Origin: Vulcanimicrobiota bacterium
Lineage (GTDB): Bacteria > Vulcanimicrobiota > Xenobia > Xenobiales > JADMJV01
DNA: 64,000 nt
Assembly: GCA_050250895.1 (NCBI GenBank)
Contig: JBFWNU010000003.1
Span: forward strand, 395,302 to 459,301
Direction: 5' to 3'
This document shows, piece by piece, positions 26,179 to 34,954 of this stretch. Below the pieces are notes generated by a model, which saw only the letters and a list, made by a program, of their open reading frames with translations, made no database searches and was not told the DNA's origin. The first letter of the stretch is position 1, and each line of letters opens with the position of its first letter. The position numbers and the translations under genes were made by a program.

Positions 26179-29100
26179 TTACTCCTGGACCGGCACGTTG
26201 AAGTCGCCGATGATGACCTGCTCTTCTTCGCGCTCAAGCGAAGGGTTCGAGCGGGGTTGGGTCGAGACGTAGAGGTTGACGGCTGTCTTGATGGCTTCGG
26301 CGATGGCCGGGTCGGCGGCCCCGCGGGCCCGCTCGCGACTGACCAGGGCGGTCAAGAATTCGGTCGCCTCGGCTTCGCTTTGACCGTGGCCGGAAAGAGC
26401 CAGGTGAGCCACGCACAGAGCGCCGGCCAGGGCGGGCGAGCCGGCCACCGCCATGTAGGTCTCGCCCAGGGCCGGGTTGGCTCCGCTCGAGACCAGCTCT
26501 ACCGCGCCCACGAACTGCCCCTGGCCGGCCATCTTGACGAACCAGTGGACCTGTGGCCCAGTCCAGTTTTCGATCGCACTCAGCTCGGCCAGTCCAGCCA
26601 CTAAATGGTCGCCCTGACGGTCGCGCATCGCGTCGCGGGCGGCCTCCACGACGGCCATGGCCTGATCTGGCCCGAGCCGTCGCTCGACCAGGCCGGCGAA
26701 GCTTGCATAGAGTCCCTTCATGACCGCATACTGGTTCAAGGGAGTTGGCAGCTTTTCATACTCGACCAGCTGTTTGTAGGCTTCCACTCGCTGGCCGAGA
26801 TCGAGCTGGGCCAACGGTTTGGCCAGGAGTTCTTGCACCTCGCTGGCGGCTTTGGCGGCAAATCCATGCTCGGTCATGGTCACCGACAATTCGGCCAGAG
26901 GGGTGCCCTGGCTTTTGGCCAGCAACCCCAGCAAGCCTTCGATCTCGCTCGACTCGAGCCCGCGCCCGATACCGCCGGTCACTAACCGAGCCAGGTCGGC
27001 TGGCTCGAGGGCCGGCTGCTGGCTCCAGGTCTTGTAGGCGCTGGCCACGTCGGCGCCGTGGCTCTCTACTCCGGCGAAGGCCTCCCGCAGCGAGGTCAAG
27101 CGCTGCATGGTGGTGGCCCTGTCGTCGCCGGCTTCGAGACGCTGGCTGTAGGCGGCGTAGGCGGCATCCATGACGGCATAGGTGCTAAACGGAGGCTTGA
27201 GGTCCTCGAGCGCGAGCATACTGGCGAAGTCCTCGGCTCGCTGGGCGAAGGTGGTGGAAGCTCTGGGTTTTTCTAACTCTTCGACGAACTTCTTGGCTTG
27301 CTCGGCGCTGTAGTGCGGTTTGGCCATCAGGGTCAAAAGGCGCACCCGGGCCGGGTCGTGGTCGAGCAACTCGATGAAGCTTAGCCTGTCGTCGCCTAGC
27401 TTCTGAAAGGCCTCGTAGGTCTCGGTGAGGTCAAGCGTTCCCAGACTGGCCGCTTTGGACGCGAAGGCGAGATCCCAGCCCTTCGAGAGCAGCGGAGCAA
27501 GCTTGGGCACGGTCTCTTCCATCTTGCCCTGGAGTTGTTCAAAGACGGTGACATACTCCTGGAATCCAGCTCCGCGCTCGGCCAGCGACCCCCTCAGGGT
27601 GATGGCGTTTTCGAGGGCCGTGTCACCGTGGCCGGCTTTGACTTCTTCGCCAAAGGCGTCATAGAGCGCATGCATCACGGCGTACTTGTTGAGCGGGTCT
27701 TTAAGATCGTCGAGTCCGATGAGGCGAGAGAAGGCCTGGTTGCGCTCGGCCAGAGTGGTGCCGGGCAGGTCGGCGTGGATCTTGGTCATCAGCTTTTTGG
27801 CCTCCTCGGCTGAAAAGCCGGTCTCGACCATTCGCAAAGCCAACTCGCCCGTCTCGGGGGCCTGGCCGTAGAGTTCGGCAAAGACGATCTGGTCGGAGCC
27901 GTCCGTCTTGAGTTTTTCGAATCCGGCCGTGAGCCTGCTCAGGTGCTCGGGCGGTGGCGGGTCCTTCAGCAGGCTGGCCAGCTTGACCCCGAAGTCGACC
28001 GGCACCCCTTCCTGGAGGAAGGCCAGCAGATGGTCGAGTCGGGTCGGGTCCTGGACCATCTCTTGATGATAGACGGCCATGCCCTCCTTGCCGAACTGCT
28101 CGCCGCGGGTGAAGGCGTCGCGCAGTCGGATGGTGCGCTCGAGAGCCTGAGGTTGCGGTCGACCGGCTTTTAGCTCGGCCCGATAAGTAGCCAGCAGTTC
28201 TTCCATCACCCCGTATTGATTGAGCGGCGGCTTCAAGTCGTCGAATTTCAACAGCTTGCGAAAAGCGTCGACCTCCTGGCTTACCGAACTCGAGGCCGGT
28301 GGCTTACTTAAGGCTTTCGAGAACTGCTCGGCGTACTTGGCGTCATAACCGACCCTGGCCATGTCCACGAGCAACTCCCGCGAAGACGGCTCGGCCAAGC
28401 TACCGGCCAGCTCGATCCAGGTGCCGGTGTCGCCAAGTTGTCGGGTTTTCAGTGGCTCGAGCAGGGCGTTGACGGTATCCAGCTGGTCAGGAGCCTTCTC
28501 ATAGGCTCGCTGTGCCCAGTTGTAGGCCCACCCGGCCTCGAGTTGGGCGGTGATGGTGGCCACGCTCTCGGGATGCTGGGTGCAAAACTCCAGCCCCTCT
28601 TTGAGCGAGTTTGCGTCGGTGAGCAAGACATTGCGAAGTTGCTCGACCTGGTGCAGGTCGCCATGGACGGCGTAGGCTGAATAGAGCGCCTCCATGACGG
28701 CATACTGGTTGAGAGGGGCCTTCAGGTCTTCGACCTTGATCAGCTTTTCAAAGGCGGCCACGCGCTCGTCGAGGCTGGTGGCAGCGACCGGCTCCTGGAT
28801 GCGCTTGAGGAACTTCTCGGTGTGTTCAGCATCAAAGCCCGTCTCGACCATTCTGGTCAAAAGCCCGACCTGAGCCGGGGGCAGCTGGTCGAGCAGCTCG
28901 AATCGTTGGAGCTTCTCGTGATCCCTTAGTTGCGAGCCCTGTAGGGCCTCGTTGAGCCGGGCCATGGCCGGTACCGAATGGCGAGACTGCAATCGTCTGG
29001 CCGCTTCCGCCAACCCGTTTTCGGGTTGGCGACCGGGCACCAGGCCAAAGCTCATGAAGAGGGCGGCGTTGGAGGGAAAATCTCCGCTGACCAGGTGGTC

Positions 29101-29718
29101 GAGAACCTCCGGGTCGCGAGCCCGGTTGGCGCAGTCGAGAAACAGCTTGCGAGTGTCGTCGGGCAGTTTCCAGCTTAATTTGGCCAGGGTCTCGGTAGAT
29201 TGCCCGTGCTGGTGGCAGTGGCGGTAGAGTTGGGCCATCACCCAGGCGGGCTCTTCCTCGGCCCGCCCTTTAAGTTGCTCGAGTTGGGCCAGTTCGCCCG
29301 GCTCGAGTTCGAGCCCGTCAAAGTGATACTCCAGGGGAGCCGAAGCCTCGGGCCAGCGGTTCTCGACCTGCAAATACGCCTGGTAGGGAGCCAGCGACAG
29401 CTCGACTCCATGTTCGGCCAGATTCAGCAGGCTTTCCGCGGCCGGCGGGGGGTCGGCCTTGAGGCCGTGAAACGCCAGCAGGGCAGCCAGATCGCCAGGG
29501 GTGGCCACGGGTGCAAAGCTCTCTCCCAGCTTGGTGAATAGCTTTCCGCCGCTGAGTTTGTCTCCGGCCTCGTCGGTGGTGACGGTTCGGTAGGGCGACA
29601 TCAGGCCGGGCACATAAAAACTGCGCCGTTCAAATAGCTCGACCGGGCCTTCCTCGAGGGGCGGCCTGGCTCGACTCGGGTTGGCTGAGTGCGAGACTGA
29701 GAGAGGACCGATTTTCAC
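26179..29718 (-). CDS. 1179-aa helical repeat protein of unknown function
   Basis: Five repeats ending (E/D)DLK.PLNQYAVM; C-terminus EEEQVIIGDFNVPVQE. Confidence 0.85.
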   Translation of the reverse strand: MKIGPLSVSHSANPSRARPPLEEGPVELFERRSFYVPGLMSPYRTVTTDEAGDKLSGGKLFTKLGESFAPVATPGDLAALLAFHGLKADPPPAAESLLNLAEHGVELSLAPYQAYLQVENRWPEASAPLEYHFDGLELEPGELAQLEQLKGRAEEEPAWVMAQLYRHCHQHGQSTETLAKLSWKLPDDTRKLFLDCANRARDPEVLDHLVSGDFPSNAALFMSFGLVPGRQPENGLAEAARRLQSRHSVPAMARLNEALQGSQLRDHEKLQRFELLDQLPPAQVGLLTRMVETGFDAEHTEKFLKRIQEPVAATSLDERVAAFEKLIKVEDLKAPLNQYAVMEALYSAYAVHGDLHQVEQLRNVLLTDANSLKEGLEFCTQHPESVATITAQLEAGWAYNWAQRAYEKAPDQLDTVNALLEPLKTRQLGDTGTWIELAGSLAEPSSRELLVDMARVGYDAKYAEQFSKALSKPPASSSVSQEVDAFRKLLKFDDLKPPLNQYGVMEELLATYRAELKAGRPQPQALERTIRLRDAFTRGEQFGKEGMAVYHQEMVQDPTRLDHLLAFLQEGVPVDFGVKLASLLKDPPPPEHLSRLTAGFEKLKTDGSDQIVFAELYGQAPETGELALRMVETGFSAEEAKKLMTKIHADLPGTTLAERNQAFSRLIGLDDLKDPLNKYAVMHALYDAFGEEVKAGHGDTALENAITLRGSLAERGAGFQEYVTVFEQLQGKMEETVPKLAPLLSKGWDLAFASKAASLGTLDLTETYEAFQKLGDDRLSFIELLDHDPARVRLLTLMAKPHYSAEQAKKFVEELEKPRASTTFAQRAEDFASMLALEDLKPPFSTYAVMDAAYAAYSQRLEAGDDRATTMQRLTSLREAFAGVESHGADVASAYKTWSQQPALEPADLARLVTGGIGRGLESSEIEGLLGLLAKSQGTPLAELSVTMTEHGFAAKAASEVQELLAKPLAQLDLGQRVEAYKQLVEYEKLPTPLNQYAVMKGLYASFAGLVERRLGPDQAMAVVEAARDAMRDRQGDHLVAGLAELSAIENWTGPQVHWFVKMAGQGQFVGAVELVSSGANPALGETYMAVAGSPALAGALCVAHLALSGHGQSEAEATEFLTALVSRERARGAADPAIAEAIKTAVNLYVSTQPRSNPSLEREEEQVIIGDFNVPVQE

Positions 29719-29724
29719 CCTTAG

Positions 29725-29794
29725 AGTGTAAACAAGCGGTCCTAAAAAACCCTGAAGCCCATTTCAGGAAACTTTCAACCCGGTAGAATAACCT
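29725..29794. promoter_or_regulatory. Back-to-back copies 6 and 7 of the promoter motif (bidirectional)
   Basis: Minus: TTCAGGGTTT-TTTAGGA-ccgcttgtt-TACACT-N6-GTG. Plus: TTCAGGAAAC-TTTCAAC-ccggtagaa-TAACCT-N7-GTG. Confidence 0.75.
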
Positions 29795-29801
29795 CAACCT
29801 T

Positions 29802-32264
29802 GTGAAGATCTCTCCCGTGGGTCATAGCCCCGTCACCCGAGCGGCCGCTGCCGCCCCGCCCGACGGAGTCGACTTTTTGATGAAACGCCAATTTCAGCTG
29901 CCCTGGCAAGACGAGTACTATCCGGTCACGCGCGAGCAAGCGCAAGCCCACTGCCAGGAGCGTCCGTGCGTGGTCAAACTGCCCGATGGACCATCACCGC
30001 TGCCGGTCGCCTCGCCGCAAGATGTGCAAGAACTCGACGCTCTGTACGGGTCCACCGCCGCTAACGATCTGGCCGGCAATCTTCGCCAACTCGCCAGCGG
30101 CGGCGCGCGTTTTTACGCCGATCTCGACGGACGCCGCAGCGAGGTGGGCCTCTATGGAGCTTACAACGGCTTGACCGGGGACCTGGGCTTGACCCGGGTC
30201 GAGATGACAGACCGCTGGGGCAGCCTGGCGCTCACCGAGGCCGCCCAGGTCGCCCAGCTGGCGGCCTTCGCTCAAGATTCGCAGGGCGAGTTGCAAACGC
30301 TTGCCAATCAAGACTTCCAGTTCTTCAACACCCAGGGCGAACAGGTGCACCCCTGGCTCGCCTCGACCGGTTCGTCGTTCTCGGTGGGTCGGGGTGGGCA
30401 TAACTGGGTCGGGTCGGGCCCTGAGCTGACCGCCCGTTGCCAGCGCTTTGATCGCATCTGGCATGAGTTTGACCGGGACATCGAGCCGGCCAGGGTCGTC
30501 TTTGCAAAACTCTCGGGCCAGCCTCCGACCCTCGAACAGGTGGCTGACCTGATCGAAGGCACCACGGGTCCGACGGCCGAAAGCCTGCTCGATTACGGTC
30601 TGGAGAAATGCCAGCATCCGGCTGCGGCCTTGCTGCGGGCGGCCGCCCGAAACGGCGATGTCTTCCCGTATTTGCAGGGTGATCCTCAGCCCCGCCAGTT
30701 GCTGAGCGCCCTGACCGAGCAGCTGAGCGACCACGACTTCTGCCGCTTCGCAAAAGCCGAATTGAACTCGAAGTTTCTCGACAAGCATGCCCCCGAAGAC
30801 GTCTCGGTGGCGCGTCCTTTGCTGTCAGCCGTTCTCGAGAAGAGCGAACTGCGCGAGGCTTTCGCCGATGCCTTCACCGCCTGGGGCGAGCAAGAGGACC
30901 GTTCGCTCGACGATGGAATGATTGCCTTGTGGGCGCTGTTCTCGCGTTCACCGGCGGGTTCGAGCGACAAGCTGCTCAAAGGCGCCTTTCAAGACGGCCA
31001 GACCCTGCTGGGATTCGAGCAGAATCAGTCGCTGGTGGCCATCGCCCAGACCCTGCTGGCCGCCCCGCCCCAATCCGACAATTTGCAGATGGTCAAGGCC
31101 TGCCTGACGGCCATCGACTCGGCCGAGGACCGCGGTACCTTCGCCCGGGGTGTGCTGCCCGTCCTCAAGCGGCTGGTGCCGGCCGAGAAGGCTCGCCTTG
31201 AAGGCCTCTCGGAATGGACCTCCGAGATCGACGAAAGGGCTCAGGGAAGAGTGCTGGCCTATGCCCTGACTCATCTCGACGAGAACCCCGCCAAGTTGGT
31301 TCAGGGAGCCGTGGATAGCATCGCCGCCGATTATCCCGAGGCAGCCGGAGACCTGGCCCAGAATGTGCTCGAGCAGAGTTCACCCGAGCGCTACCAGCTG
31401 TACAGTCAATACTTCCACAACGAGGACGGTGGCTCGATTTTCTCCGAAGAGGCCTCGCGAGCGGTGGTGCTGAGCGCCTTTTCTCAGGACCGGCCGCCGG
31501 CCGAGAGCGCCCTCCAAGCTAGTGCCCAGCTCGAGGCCCTCGACCTCGAAGGCAAGTGGGAGGACCGCAGCGCCCTGCTCAAAGCCACCTTACGGATGTA
31601 TGACGAAGGGGAGTCGACTCGGCGCGTGGCCGAGTTTGCCCGAGGCTTCTTAGAGGGCGTGACGCTGGAAGACTGGGCGAGCGAGAATGGCTTTCTCGAG
31701 GCGGCTCTGCGCCATCGCGAGGCTCGTAGCTACGACGACTGGCTGGGGCTGACCCGCGAGTCGGTGGCGGGCGCCGTCCATGATGCCGACTCGGCGCGCC
31801 TGGGCAAGGCGTTGCTAGAGCGCCTGGACAACTTTGCCGAGGCTCCCGCCTGGATCGGTCTGCTGCGCCACACCGCCTTCGCCGCCAACCTCGACGAAGA
31901 GGCTGGTGGTCGCATCGTGGCCGCTGCTCTGGCCGGGCCCGCTCCCACTCGACCCGAGCAGTTTCCGGGGTTCGTGGCCCGCCTGACGGCCTCGATTGAG
32001 GACGAGGACAACCATTTCAACGCTCTCCAGGGAGCCCTCAACTATCTGGCCTCCAACAGTACGGGCGACAACAAGAAGCTGTTCGACCAGACCCTCGATA
32101 TGTTTGCCGACCAGGAAGAACCGGTGGCCAAGTGCGGCCGCCAGGGCCAGAGTCTGCTCGAAATGCTCGACCAGACCCACGGCGGACCGGCCTCGACGGC
32201 CGACCTTTCTATCGAGCAAGACTCGGTGCGAGTCGGTGACAACGTCGTTCCGATTCACGACTGA
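29802..32264 (+). CDS. 820-aa helical protein of unknown function
   Basis: MKISPV leader; N-terminal region similar to the divergent 1179-aa protein; C-terminus EQDSVRVGDNVVPIHD. Confidence 0.85.
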   Translation: MKISPVGHSPVTRAAAAAPPDGVDFLMKRQFQLPWQDEYYPVTREQAQAHCQERPCVVKLPDGPSPLPVASPQDVQELDALYGSTAANDLAGNLRQLASGGARFYADLDGRRSEVGLYGAYNGLTGDLGLTRVEMTDRWGSLALTEAAQVAQLAAFAQDSQGELQTLANQDFQFFNTQGEQVHPWLASTGSSFSVGRGGHNWVGSGPELTARCQRFDRIWHEFDRDIEPARVVFAKLSGQPPTLEQVADLIEGTTGPTAESLLDYGLEKCQHPAAALLRAAARNGDVFPYLQGDPQPRQLLSALTEQLSDHDFCRFAKAELNSKFLDKHAPEDVSVARPLLSAVLEKSELREAFADAFTAWGEQEDRSLDDGMIALWALFSRSPAGSSDKLLKGAFQDGQTLLGFEQNQSLVAIAQTLLAAPPQSDNLQMVKACLTAIDSAEDRGTFARGVLPVLKRLVPAEKARLEGLSEWTSEIDERAQGRVLAYALTHLDENPAKLVQGAVDSIAADYPEAAGDLAQNVLEQSSPERYQLYSQYFHNEDGGSIFSEEASRAVVLSAFSQDRPPAESALQASAQLEALDLEGKWEDRSALLKATLRMYDEGESTRRVAEFARGFLEGVTLEDWASENGFLEAALRHREARSYDDWLGLTRESVAGAVHDADSARLGKALLERLDNFAEAPAWIGLLRHTAFAANLDEEAGGRIVAAALAGPAPTRPEQFPGFVARLTASIEDEDNHFNALQGALNYLASNSTGDNKKLFDQTLDMFADQEEPVAKCGRQGQSLLEMLDQTHGGPASTADLSIEQDSVRVGDNVVPIHD

Positions 32265-32367
32265 CCCCATCCCTTGAGGTGCCCGTAAGCACTCACCGTG
32301 GTATGTAGCCATGGGGTCTGAATCCGGGTCATTCTGTTGCTGACACTTAAGGAAAGGAAAGCAACAG

Positions 32368-32748
32368 ATGCAACCCATCCAAGACCATCTTTCAGATACA
32401 TCCGAGGTCCTCGAAGAAGCGAAGACCCAGGCCCGTGACCAGGCCGAGAAACAGAAGCTGCGTGCGGCGATTCGCCTCGAGAACCTGAGTCAGGCGCTCG
32501 ACCAGACGGCCGAGAGCCTGGAGAGCCCCCTGCTTGAAAAACAGCTAAACAAAGCCTCGAGCGGAGTCGCCCGGGCGGCCAACCGGCTGGCCGACGCCGA
32601 CCTGGATGAAATTTATCAGAGCGGCCGCGCCCTGGCGCGCAACCACGCTCCCGGCTTTCTGGCCGGCAGCTTCGTGCTGGGCCTGGCCCTGGGCCGCCTC
32701 TTGAAGGCCTCGACCAAATCCAACCTCGGAGGTAACTATGAGCAGTAA
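32368..32748 (+). CDS. Hypothetical protein, ElaB/YqjD-like C-terminal membrane anchor
   Basis: ARNHAPGFLAGSFVLGLALGRLLKAS; RBS GGAAAGGA. Confidence 0.65.
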   Translation: MQPIQDHLSDTSEVLEEAKTQARDQAEKQKLRAAIRLENLSQALDQTAESLESPLLEKQLNKASSGVARAANRLADADLDEIYQSGRALARNHAPGFLAGSFVLGLALGRLLKASTKSNLGGNYEQ

Positions 32749-33415
32749 CGGACGAACCCTTTTGGAAGAAGCCCGCGCCATCGAGACGGGCACCTGTCCC
32801 CCAAATGGCAAGACCTCGCGCCCCGCGGCCGCGGTCAGTTCATCGCCGGGCAAAAGCTTTTTGCGTGAGAACGCCGGACCGGCCGCCTTGTTCGCCGCCG
32901 GCCTGGTCTGGATGGCCATCAACCACGAGCGCGCTCGCGAGCGCAGCCTACCCCAGCGCATGCAGGACCGGGCTCATCAGCTCGAAGCAGCGGCCGCCGA
33001 CGTGCGAATCCAGGCGGCCGAGAGAATGGCCGACCTGCGAAGCTCGGCCAGCGACCGTCTGGAACAGGCTCGTACCCGTGGAAGCGAACGCTTTGAGCAG
33101 GCTCGCGAGCGAGCCCACGAGACCTTCGAACTAGCCCGCAGCCGGGGCGCCGAAACCATCAATATGGCTCGCGAGCGGGCCAGCGAGACTCTGGACAGTT
33201 CCCCGCTGCTGCTGGGCCTGGGAGCCTTCGCTGCCGGTCTGGGTCTGGCCCTATTGGTCCCGGCTACCCGGCCCGAGATGCGCCATCTGGCCACTCCCGG
33301 CCGCGCTATTCTCGAGAGCGCCCGTCAGGTCGCCCAGCAAGCGAGGTCGGTCGCGAACAAAAGCCTCGCGTCGGCTTCGGAGGCTGCTCTCGAGACTCTG
33401 GAAGAGAGCTTCTAA
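32738..33415 (+). CDS. DUF3618/LEA-like helical membrane-anchored protein
   Basis: 11-mer helical repeats (ARERASET); SPLLLGLGAFAAGLGLALLVPATRPE. Confidence 0.65.
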   Translation: MSSNGRTLLEEARAIETGTCPPNGKTSRPAAAVSSSPGKSFLRENAGPAALFAAGLVWMAINHERARERSLPQRMQDRAHQLEAAAADVRIQAAERMADLRSSASDRLEQARTRGSERFEQARERAHETFELARSRGAETINMARERASETLDSSPLLLGLGAFAAGLGLALLVPATRPEMRHLATPGRAILESARQVAQQARSVANKSLASASEAALETLEESF

Positions 33416-33473
33416 AAGCGCCACGCTAGACCGCCGGGCCGGGTGATCCCCGGCCCGGCTCGAAGGAACGCCT

Positions 33474-34010
33474 ATGAGTAAAACCATCCTCGGAATTTCG
33501 GGCAGCCTGCGCAAGGGCTCGAATTCCACCGCAATTCTCAACACCCTGGCCGCCCGCCACTGGCAGGGCGCCACCCTCAAGGTCCACGACATCAGCCAGG
33601 TGCCCCTCTACAACGCCGATCTTGACGGTGACGACAAGCCCGCCGCGGTCGAGTCGCTCAAGAATGCCATCGCTCTGGCCGACGGTCTGGTGCTGGTGAG
33701 CCCCGAATACAACTATGGCACCTCGGGAGTGCTCAAGAACGCCCTCGACTGGGCCTCGCGCCCGGGCTATCAGTCGGTGCTAAAGCACAAGCCCACGGTC
33801 ATCATCACCTCGTCCCCCGGCGGAGTGGGCGGAGCCCGCGCTCAAGAACAGCTTCGCAAGACCCTTTTCGCGTGCCTGGCCATTCTCGTGCCCGGCCCTG
33901 AAGTGGCCATTCCCGCTGTGCACGAGAAGCTGACCGATGGGGCCTTGACCGACGAGCAGTCGCTCAAGATGGCGGTCAAGGCGGTCGAGGCCCTGATCAA
34001 CTATTCGTAG
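33474..34010 (+). CDS. NAD(P)H-dependent FMN reductase (ChrR/SsuE-like)
   Basis: GISGSLRKGS, SPEYNYG..GVLKNALDWASRP, GGARAQ. Confidence 0.92.
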   Translation: MSKTILGISGSLRKGSNSTAILNTLAARHWQGATLKVHDISQVPLYNADLDGDDKPAAVESLKNAIALADGLVLVSPEYNYGTSGVLKNALDWASRPGYQSVLKHKPTVIITSSPGGVGGARAQEQLRKTLFACLAILVPGPEVAIPAVHEKLTDGALTDEQSLKMAVKAVEALINYS

Positions 34011-34414
34011 ACACCCCACTGTCCCAACCTGACCTTCAAAGCGCCAAAACCCGGGATACTCGACGGTAACACCCTGGCCCCATAGGCCAGGGTGCTGCCG
34101 TCTTCAAAGCCCACCGCCAACACCCACGAACGCTCACAGTTCCAATAGGTCCAGTCGGTCCGAGCTTTGGCCGGCGGGTCGGGCAGAAAGTCGAACGGCT
34201 TGGGAATCAAAGAACTCAGCGACTCGGGCGGGTGTCCCTGCTCTTTTTCGTATTCTGCCACCGCCGCCACAATGGCGTCGGCTTGCTGTTTTGCCTCGGC
34301 CATCTTCGGCGGCAGCTTGGCCAGGGTCGGGGCCGACACTGGCCCGAATACGGGTTGCTTTTCGGCCATCACCGGCAGGGATAGTAGGAGCAGTGTGAAG
34401 ATGATCCATCTCAT
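34001..34414 (-). CDS. Hypothetical secreted protein
   Basis: Signal peptide MRWIIFTLLLLSLPVMA. Confidence 0.6.
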   Translation of the reverse strand: MRWIIFTLLLLSLPVMAEKQPVFGPVSAPTLAKLPPKMAEAKQQADAIVAAVAEYEKEQGHPPESLSSLIPKPFDFLPDPPAKARTDWTYWNCERSWVLAVGFEDGSTLAYGARVLPSSIPGFGALKVRLGQWGVYE

Positions 34415-34521
34415 GGGGGGAGCCTTTCGCCTCGGGGAGTGGCGGGCCTGCGGGTGGGCTTGGGCGAGGTCAGCCCGGGGCCAGGAATCCGGTTAGCCCT
34501 TTAGTCGGGAGGCCCGGCCAG

Positions 34522-34890
34522 TCAGGGGAAGAAGCCTTCAGGCAGGGGCGCGATGGACCCCGGTCGCGTCAGCTGTCCCGACTTGCCCAGAAAGAAGACC
34601 GCGGTGGCGCCGGGTCCGAGGGGAATGTCGAAGCCGCGAACTCCGCCGCTATGAAGCTCGAGGTGGATGGACTTACCCGGGTTGCCCTTCCAGACGGTCA
34701 CGACCTCGACGGTCGTAGCATAAGTCTTGCCGTACACGGGGTGCTCCTGCCGGCCGGTGTCGACCTTCACGACGCGGCCGAGGAAGACGTGGTGGGACTG
34801 TTGGACCAGCTCTTCGGCCGGCAGGGGGACGATCTGTCCGGCCGCGGCCGGAGCGAACAAAAGCAAGACAAGAAGGAGCCGAATCCACAT
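34522..34890 (-). CDS. Hypothetical secreted protein
   Basis: Signal peptide; EELVQQSHHVFLGRV..V..VWKG pattern. Confidence 0.65.
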   Translation of the reverse strand: MWIRLLLVLLLFAPAAAGQIVPLPAEELVQQSHHVFLGRVVKVDTGRQEHPVYGKTYATTVEVVTVWKGNPGKSIHLELHSGGVRGFDIPLGPGATAVFFLGKSGQLTRPGSIAPLPEGFFP

Positions 34891-34954
34891 AGAGAGGCAG
34901 TCGTCGGCGCCAGCGGGTTCTTCCGTGTTGCCGGGAATGTGCTACAATTGAACG

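Noticed and set aside
33433-33459. Strong GC hairpin GCCGGGCCGGG-N5-CCCGGCCCGGC
   Set aside because: There is no U-tract and it is a single copy, so it cannot be called a terminator or REP.
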